A stretch of 64,000 nt of DNA from Eledone cirrhosa (lineage: Eukaryota): NCBI GenBank assembly GCA_964016885.1, contig OZ024741.1:302808001-302872000 (forward strand), written 5' to 3'. The stretch's first letter is position 1; each line of letters opens with the position of its first letter. This document shows, piece after piece, positions 55,258 to 64,000 of this stretch. Below the pieces are notes generated by a model that saw only the letters and a list, made by a program, of their open reading frames with translations, was not told where the DNA came from and made no database searches. A program made the translations under genes and the position numbers.

Positions 55258-55384
55258 CCCACTGATGAATTATAGGAGCCCACTTGACTATATATCTATT
55301 GATGGTATACAAGCTCCTACATAAATTGGTATAGTTTAACCCAAATTGTAGGAATCCTATAATGAAACGAGACGTCCGTCTGGG
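55258..55384 (+). ncRNA. Type-I hammerhead with 95-nt branched stem II, copy 1
   Basis: ccca CTGATGA attatagga[..]tcctataat GAAA cg-agacgtc-cg TC tggg; predicted cut after 55380. Confidence 0.8.
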
Positions 55385-55957
55385 AAGAGATATATTTGAT
55401 ATGTCTCATATGAAATAATACAGCCAATTTTCCACACAATACTTTTAGTTAGCACCCGAACGCATAATTGGGAATATAATCACTTATTTCCTAAAGTTTG
55501 TTGAGTGAGTTGGAATTTGGCCGGTGTATCGCTAAAAAGCTTTCTCCGATATTGTATTTATTTACTCTTGGTGCAGCAGATTTGAAATTTTCCCGGTATA
55601 AGGTTAAGATTTCTTTGTTTATTTTTTATATATGAATATTGATTGTTCCTTATATCTCATTCTGTTATTTTGCCCGATAAAATATCTGTGTGTGTCATCA
55701 AATGTTGTACACACATAGATATTTTTTCAATTTCCAATTGAGTTCTTAGCACGTGGCCTGAATTCCTTTTAGAGTTCATTGTCATGCGCATGTATTGTTT
55801 TTTTTTTGGCGGTAATTTACTTCCTCATTTTTGAATCAGTTTGAGCATTTCTTTAGAACTGCTGGACTGGCAGCCTGACAGATATCTCAGGCACAGAGGA
55901 TGATTATCGCTAAATACTGATGTTGGTTAGATTATCAATATTAGTATTATTGGGGCA

Positions 55958-56084
55958 CCCACTGATGAATTATAGGAGCCCACTTGAATATATATCTATT
56001 GATGGTATACAAGCTCCTACATAAATTGGTATAGTTTAACCCAAATTGTAGGAATCCTATAATGAAAGGAGACGTCCGTCTGGG
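55958..56084 (+). ncRNA. Type-I hammerhead with 95-nt branched stem II, copy 2
   Basis: Same as copy 1 except C to G just after GAAA; predicted cut after 56080. Confidence 0.65.
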
Positions 56085-56261
56085 AAGAGATATATTCGAT
56101 ATGTCTCATATGAAATAATACAGCCAATTTTCCACGCAATACTTTTAGTTAGCACCCCGAACGCATAATTGGGAATATAATCACTTATTTCCTAATGTTT
56201 GTTGAGTGAGTTGGAATTTGGCCGGAGTATCGCTTAAAAGCTTTCTCCGATATTGTATTTA

Positions 56262-56301
<40 letters not shown>

Positions 56302-56895
56302 GAGTGCGAGAGCGAGAGAGAGAGAAAGAGAGATATATAGATATATAGAGAGAGTGTTCATAATGAATCAAATTATAGGGAACAGAGAAAACAAAATGTC
56401 TGCTAAGCAAAACAGTAAAACATTTTGTAAGAACACGTAGATAGGTGTTACTAGAGTAATCCTTAAAACAGCGAGGTAACCATGTGTAACCTATCTACGT
56501 TATATTTGGATGAGTGAAGTAGTATAGTGAGCAAGGGGGAGGTGTGTGTGGGTGTACTGGAGGAGTGAATGTGAAGATATGTGTGAAGAATGGTGGAAAG
56601 GTGAGAGAGGGAGGAGTAAAGAGTGACAGAAAGAGTGGAGAAAAGAGAGAGTGAACGAGAGAGAGAGAGAGAGAGAGAGAGATACAAAAGAAAGAAAGAG
56701 AGGGAATGGGGACGAATATGTATGTGTGTGTGAGAGAGAGAATATAGGGACGAATGGGAGAAAAAGATATATATATATATAGAGAGAGAGAATGGAGACG
56801 AATTGGGAGAAAGAGAGAGAGAGAGAATGGAAACGAATGGGAGAGAGAGAGAATGGGAACAATGAGAGAGAGGGAATAGGGACGAATGGGAGAGG

Positions 56896-56929
<34 letters not shown>

Positions 56930-57269
56930 GAGAGAGAAAGAGAGAGAAAGAGTGAGAGAGAGAGAGTGGGAGAGAGAATGTGAATAAAGAGAGGAAGAGA
57001 GAAGAAAGAGAGGGAGAGAGAAAAAGTGAAACAAGAGAGACAGAGTAGTACATATATATATATGTATGTATATATGTATGTATGTACGTGTGTTTGTATG
57101 TGCATGTATGTGTGTGTGTGTGTATGTATGTTTGTATGTATGTATGTATGTATGTACGTGTGTGTGTATGTGTATGCGCGTGTGTGTGTATGTTTGTATG
57201 TATGTATGTATGTACGTGTGTGTGTATGTGTATGCGTGTGTGTGTGTATGTATGTTTGTATGTATGTAT

Positions 57270-59855
57270 TGTTGTTACTGTTGTTGTAACTGTTGTAATT
57301 GTTGTTACTATTGTTGTAGTTGTTGTAATTGTTGTTACTATTGTTGTTATAACTGCTGCTGCTGCTGCTGCTGTTGCTGTCGGGGTGGAGGTGGAGGTGG
57401 AGGGGGTGTTGTTAGGGGATCTTGGTGTTTAGTTAGTGGTTGTATGGTTGGTGGAGTTTGATGTTCAGGTGGCGGAGGTGGTTGTGGGGGTGTTTGTAGC
57501 GTTATGATGGCAATGATGATGATGATGGTGAAGATTATGATGATGATGATTATGATGATGATGATGATGATGGCGGTGAAGATGATGATGATGGTGATGA
57601 TGATGATTATGATGATTATGATGATGATGATGATGAGGATGATGATGATGATGATTATGAAGATGGCGATGATGATTATGATGATGATGATTATGAAGAT
57701 GATGTTCATGATGATGATTAGGATTATGATGAAGATGATGATGGTTGTGAGGATAATGACATTGACGGGAATGATGTGGTGTCGGGGAGGGTGTAGAGGT
57801 GCAAGTAGTGGTGCAGACGATGGTACAGGAGTGTTTGTGATGGTATAGGGCTCATAGATTGGTCGGTGGTGGTGTGTATGACGTGGAAGGTGGTGGCGGT
57901 ATTGAAGTAAGGGTTGTAATGGCGTTGGTGGTGGTGGGAGTGTGACATGGGTGGTGGTGGTGGTGGTGGTGGTGGTGGGAGTGTGACATGGGTGGTGGTG
58001 GTGGTGGTGGTGGTGGGAGTGTGACATGGGTGGTGGTGGTGGTGGTGCTGGTGGGAGTGATGTGACATGGGTGGTGGTGGTGGTGGTAATGGTGATGGTG
58101 GTGGTGGTGTTGGTTGTGGTGGGAGTGATGGTGGTGGTGGTGTTGGTTGTGGTGGGAGTGATGGTGGTGGTGGTGGCCGTGGTGGGAGTGATGTGACATG
58201 GGTGGTGGTGGTGGTGGTGGTGATGGTGGTGGTGATGGTGATGGTGATGGTGGTGGTGGTGTTGGTTGTGGTGGGAGTGATGGTGGTGGTGGTGGTATTG
58301 AAGTAAGGATTGTAATGGTGTTGGTAGTGGTGGTGATAATGGGTGGCCATGGTGGTGGTGGGCGTGGTGTGATATGGATGGTTGTAGTGGTGGTAATGGT
58401 GGTGGTGGTGGTGTTGATTGTGGTGTGAGTGGTGGTGGCAGCGGTGAATAAAGATGAAGATGGTGTGGAAGTGGTGGTGGTGGTGATGGTGGTAGTGGTA
58501 GTGGTGGTGGTGGTGGTGGTAGTGGTAGTGGTGGTGGTGGTGGTAGGAGTGGTGGTGGTGGTGGTAGGAGTGGTAGTGGCAGCGGTGAATAATGATGAAG
58601 ATGGTGGTGGAAGTGGTGGTGATATGAGGGGTTGTGGTGGTGGCGCTGGTGGTGGCGCTGGTGGTGGTAGTAGTGGTAGCGGTGGTGGTTGTGGTGGTGG
58701 TGATGGTGGTGGTGGTGGTAGTGGTAGCGGTGGTGGTTGTGGTGGTGGTGATGGTGGTGGTGGTGGTGGTAGTGGTAGCGGTGGTGGTTGTGGTGGTGGT
58801 GATGGTGGTGGTTGTGGTAGTGGTAGCGGGGGTGGTTGTGGTGGTGGTGATGGTGGTGGTGGTGGTAGTGGTAGCGGTGGTGGTTGTGGTGGTGGTGATG
58901 GTGGTGGTGGTGGTGGTAGTGGTAGCGGTGGTGGTTGTGGTGGTGGTGATGGTGGTGGTGGTGGTGGTAGTGGTAGCGGGGGTGGTTGTGGTGGTGGTGA
59001 TGGTGGTGGTGGTGGTAGTGGTAGCGGTGGTGGTTGTGGTGGTGGTGATGGTGGTGGTGGTGGTAGTGGTAGCGGTGGAGGTTGTGGTGGTGGTGATGGT
59101 GGTGGTGGTGGTGGTAGTGGTAGCGGGGGTGGTTGTGGTGGTGGTGATGGTGGTGGTGGTGGTAGTGGTAGCGGTGGTGGTTGTGGTGGTGGTGATGGTG
59201 GTGGTGGTGGTGGTAGTGGTAGCGGGGGTGGTTGTGGTGGTGGAGATGTTTATCTTGATGATGTCTAAGCTTGGTATCTAGCTTCTCAACATTCTCCAGA
59301 TATCGTCAATTGGGGATTTGAGAGATTCCTGTAGTTTCCTCAAAGGAATCAAGGATGTAACTGAAGCAATCCCGGCCAGAAATCGAAACCGTGTCTCAGA
59401 CAACCTAAATATTGCACTACGGCAGTCTATATAATAACAATGGCGATATTGATAATAGTGGTGGTGGTGGTGGTGATGATGGTGGTGGTGATGGTGGTGG
59501 TGGTGGTGGTGGTGGTGGTGGTGGTGGTGGTGGTGGTGGTGGTGATAGTGATGGGGATAGTAGTAGTGATGGTGATGATGATAGTAGTAATGATGGTGAT
59601 GATGATAGTGATGATGATAGTAGTAATGATGGTGATGATGATAGTGATGATGATAGTGATGATGATAGTAGTAATGATGGTGATGATGATAGTGATGATG
59701 ATAGTGATGATGATAGTAGTAGTGATGGTGATGGGGATAGTGATGATGATGGTGATGATGATAGTAGTAATGATGGTGATGGGGATAGTGATGATGATGG
59801 TGATGATGATAGTAGTAATGATGGTGATGGTGATGATGATGGTGATGATGATAAA
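57270..59855. repeat. Trinucleotide low-complexity block (GTT, GAT, GGT) with 45/48-bp higher-order repeat at 58665-59245
   Basis: ggtagtggtagcggtggtggttgtggtggtggtgat(ggt)n repeated about 12 times. Confidence 0.9.
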
Positions 59856-59931
59856 GGTGATTTTGATTATATTCAATCACAAAGGAAAGTAGGAAGTTTG
59901 CGGAAGAATTGGGAATACATTTTGAAAATAA

Positions 59932-60108
59932 TTGTTTCTATTTTAGGCACAATGCCGCAAATACCCAGTACATTACTGGTACTTTATTTTATCGACCCCG
60001 TAAGGATGAAAGGCAAAGTTAACCCCGGCGAGATTTGAACTCAGAATGGCAAGGGCCGTAACTCTATGCGTCAAAGCATGGTGTCCGACTCTCTACCGAT
60101 ACTGCCAA
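59932..60108 (-). mobile_element. Young SINE with TSD
   Basis: aatacattttgaaaataat at about 59914 and 60107. Confidence 0.9.
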
Positions 60109-60264
60109 TACATTTTGAAAATAATGGCGATTCTGCAATTAAAGCAGCAAAGAACATCAAAACGTTGGCAAAACATGGAGATCAACGAAAACTGTTCACT
60201 AAATGGAAGCAAAAACTACTGCATATGTTTATAGTATCAAAGAACCTGATGTAGATCAAACTCA

Positions 60265-60562
60265 ATTTGGCCAGGCGCGAACGGGAGTAAGGCACGACGG
60301 TCAGGCGGTAGTAGATAACGGACGCTATACATGCGTTCGCCACCTCCATCCGACCTTTCAGGAACAGATTCCTCTCGGCCTATTTCTGGATTAGATAAGC
60401 TACCCTGTTTGTAATCGCGACCAAATTCTGATCCACCTGGAGGTCGGGTCCGGACCGAACTCCTCCGTCTAGCGCCCGACGACACTGTTGGATGGCATAG
60501 ACTTGTCTCACCAGGTGCTGAGCTGCAAGCCCACCGACTTTTCCGGGTTTAGTTTTGCTCTT
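60265..60562 (-). mobile_element. L1/Tx1-clade LINE RT C-terminal relic
   Basis: AKLNPEKSVGLQL..GPDLQVDQNL..NRVAYLIQK*AERNLFLKGRMEVANACIASVIYYRLTVVP. Confidence 0.75.
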
Positions 60563-60811
60563 ACATGGTTGAATATCATTCTGTTGTAAATGTACTTTTA
60601 AACAGATGATGTGTACATGTATAAAGCAAATGAAAGAAATGTAGCTCTGTAAAGTGCGTGACGTGAACAATCTGGTGTGTTTGTGTGCCTTATCAATGTA
60701 TTCAATGTATGCGGTGAGTTTCTCTGCGATAGGTGTCGAGAAGTTACTTGGCAAGAAATGGAAACAAAACTAAAGGCAAAAGAAAAACACAACAACAATA
60801 ATAACAATAAT

Positions 60812-61232
60812 AATTGTTCTACTTTTGGCACAAGGCCAGCAATTACTCCCGTGCATTGGTGGTGCTTTATCGACCCCGTTAGGGTGAAAGGCAAAGCTAA
60901 CCTCAGCGGTATTTGAACTCAAAACGTAAAGGGCCGTAACTTTAAGCCGCGAAGCTTGGTGTCCGACGTTCTACCGATACTGCCAATCCACCGCCCTTAT
61001 AATGGTTTCTTATGTAGGCACAAGGCCAACAATTTTTTTGGGGGGGTCGAGGGGGGGGGGGGGTCGATTAAATCGACCCAGTGGGTGACTGGTACTTTAT
61101 TTTAGCGACCCCGTAAGGATGAAAGGCAAAGTTAACCTTGGCGGGATTTGAACTCAGACCGTAAAGGGCTGTAACTCTATGCTTCAAAGCATGGTGTCCG
61201 ACTCTCTAGCGATACTGCCAATCCACCGCCCT
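60812..61232 (-). mobile_element. Two tandem young SINEs
   Basis: Each ends ccaatccaccgcccttataat on plus. Confidence 0.9.
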
Positions 61233-61257
61233 TATAATAATAATAAAAATAATAAGA

Positions 61258-61289
<32 letters not shown>

Positions 61290-61816
61290 GTGATATTGGG
61301 GACGATGGTGGTGAGGATGTCGATGATGATGATGATAATGCTTCTGTTGATGAGGAATATGACGATGATGATGTTGCTGCTGCTGATAATTTGGGTGAGA
61401 ATTATGGAAAAGTTGACCCGGTGTTTATACTAAACAAGCAAAAGAGTGACCTTAAAACAATTTGATAAAAAATGGCGGCATAGGTTTACAAGAATTTTAA
61501 GTAGTCTACCACATGATGTCTACATGAAAGTCTTCGGAACATTGGTTTATTTGTTATCTTAATCTGTTTTGGCTGTGCGGGAAGCTTGGGGAGAGGGTGG
61601 GGGGAAAGGTGAACGAAAGGGTGCTGCAGTTGTTATTATAAAGCTAAAGTTATCTTACAAACCAGAGGGATCCACGAAGCCGGTACTTAACTTTGGTCTC
61701 CGGAGGATTTGGCTGAAGAGAGATAAATCTTCCCCTTAATAGTACGCTAGTCTACCGTGGGAAACCTCTTTTCTCCTTGCAAACAAAAAAATTATTCAAA
61801 TTTCAATTGAATTAAA

Positions 61817-62200
61817 TAATGTTTGCAATAAAAAGAAAAAAAAAAAAAAAAGAAAGAGAAAAAATTAAATAATGAAAGTAAGGGAAAGGTGAGGAAGCGA
61901 CAGGTTCTACACCCCAGTCTTAGCAATATATCTTAGCTGCTCCTTGCGGAAGAAATCACAAAGGCATTGCTGAAGAGAATAGCCAGCGACAACTATTCCC
62001 TCTCACAAGTCTCCTTCCTCTGGCGGGATGCATTCCAGCCAGTTTTGCAGAGTTTAACGGCAATTTGGGAACCTTGGACATCAGAGGTCACGACGGTGAC
62101 CGGCATGAAAAAGAAGCGGTCGGTCAAGTTTCGGTATTTGCACATCTTCCTCTCTTCAGCGTTATGGACAGCAGAGATTATGTTATGCGTCAGTATAGAA
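61817..62200 (-). mobile_element. CRE-clade LINE 3' end
   Basis: SAVHNAEERKMCKYRNLTDRFFFMPVTVVTSDVQGSQ..SLAILFSNAFVISSA; colinear with 14770-15112. Confidence 0.7.
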
Positions 62201-62289
62201 AAAGGTTTCCTGCCCAGAAATATACCAAGACAACCGCAGCGAAACTGAACCCAGAGTCAGTCGTCCAATTTGAATTGTTCGTGTCTGGA

Positions 62290-62600
62290 ATCCTTCCTTC
62301 TCATTCCATCCGTATATCTGAGGGTCGGGAATCATGGGCTCATGGACCAGCACTATCCATCTTTTCCTGTTTCTTGCCATTGCCGTACATTCTGCCAAAC
62401 TCCTTTCTGTCCATTCTTTAATATAATCTGTCCATCTCCTTTTCTGCAATCCCTTGGCTCTTTCCCCCTGTATTCGTCCCTCAAGGATGTGGGTAGTCAA
62501 GTTGTGGGCCCTGATGACATGACCAAAATACTGAAGTTTCATTTTCTTTACTTTTTCAACCAATTGTCAATCAGCACCAATCTCTTCCAGGACAGAAATA
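62290..62600 (-). mobile_element. RTE (BovB-like) LINE 3' end
   Basis: KMKLQYFGHVIRAHNLTTHILEGRIQGERAKGLQKRRWTDYIKEWT..ARNRKRW. Confidence 0.88.
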
Positions 62601-63276
62601 TGTCCGGAATGAAACGGTTTAATGTAGCGTTATTTTAATATTTGACATACCATTTTCTAATCTACCTTTAAACATAGAGTCAAGATATTTAAGGAACAGA
62701 CTCAGTTGGATCAGTTTGATAATACTTGAAATGGGTCCCTAGCCAAGGTTATGGCTACCGGGATGGAGATCTCTCACTACCGAATGATCCACGAGGAGCA
62801 AAAGGAACCAAAGAAGAAGACGTCTATTCTATCAGGGTTAAAATGTGATTACATAATTAACAAAAAAACTCACCAAAGGTAACTTGGATTAATATGTTCC
62901 GTTCATTACAAAGCGCCGGGTGCGGAAACGAAATCATATCGCATGAGGAAAGGTAGTCCAGAAGCTTATCCATGAGGCCATCTCATGTTGACGGTTAGTT
63001 CGTAGAAATCAGTGTTAATGGTAAAGAGCTTATCGGCTTATTGTTTACAGAACCGAACGGAGGTTGCTGTGATTGTTTTGGTAGCAACACTATCGCAATC
63101 ATCGATTTTCCATCTCTGTGGATGTTGCCAGTAAAAAGTGTTTGTCTATTGATAAAACTGATACACACACGACGCGCGCGCGCGCACACAGACACAGATA
63201 CAGACACACAGACACGCTCGCACACACACATTAGTTCACAGGGTCCTTTATTGATAGTGTCGATTGAGAAGGCCAC

Positions 63277-63329
<53 letters not shown>

Positions 63330-63452
63330 CATGTATGTATATATATACATACTACTGTACGTCTGTACTCATATATGTATGTACGTATACATACTTATAT
63401 TTAGGTATCAGCCGTACTAAGAGTGAGAAATGAAATTTCGTTTCATTCTTAT

Positions 63453-63510
<58 letters not shown>

Positions 63511-63539
63511 GCATATATATATAAATACATATGTATGTA

Positions 63540-63577
<38 letters not shown>

Positions 63578-63625
63578 TATATATATAAGTAAGTATGTAT
63601 GTATATATGTATATATATATATGTG

Positions 63626-63689
<64 letters not shown>

Positions 63690-64000
63690 AAATACGTATG
63701 TATGTATGTTATATGTATATAAACAGCTTGATCAATATCAATACACACGCGTATTTGATTATTTATTCATGCTGTCATCAGATCGTTTATCACATGTAAT
63801 ACTCACACCATCACACACATACATTTCAAACATCTCACACACACACAAACAGAGGGGGCGAGAGAAAGAGGGGAGCGTGTGATAGGAGAGAGAGAGGGTG
63901 AGCGTGGGATGGGAGAGAGAGGGGGGGGGGGGGGGCTGTGATGGGAGAGAGAGGGGGGGGGGCTGTGATGGGAGAGAGGGGGGAGGGGAGCGTGTGATGG

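Noticed and set aside
58429-59268. 279-aa Gly/Ser/Cys-rich ORF (GSGSGGGCGGGD repeats) as a structural protein
   Set aside because: Almost pure GGT codons, GTG start, no signal peptide, overlapping frames also open, and embedded in a trinucleotide expansion; would need RNA or peptide evidence.
59278-60038. His-rich, Asp/Ser-rich and Met/Val-rich ORFs
   Set aside because: Alternative frames of one GAT/GGT microsatellite, running into a SINE.

Overview
This is a repeat-dense, AT-rich eukaryotic intergenic or intronic window. The SINE types and extreme microsatellite load suggest an octopus or other coleoid cephalopod (inference). I found no host protein-coding exon; nearly all ORF-track entries are microsatellite artefacts. 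Ordinary content: two tandem satellites (67-bp unit at 1-1962, 46-bp unit at 29839-31932), about 35 tRNA-derived SINE copies, decayed RTE, CRE and Tx1 LINE pieces, two intact-ended non-autonomous Helitrons, a Helitron helicase relic, and a hAT-like MITE. There is also one 5'-truncated Penelope-like element (PLE) with RT and GIY-YIG domains. The main signal is about 18 type-I hammerhead ribozyme (HHR) motifs, read by eye, from roughly 10 sequence families. Most sit in short non-coding modules lodged in (TA)n tracts, with fold-back or partial-tandem structure. Highlights are a 700-nt tandem unit bounded by two HHRs with a 95-nt branched stem II (retrozyme/circRNA candidate) and a family with a non-canonical CAGAAGA core in all three copies. 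All structures were folded manually and activity is untested.
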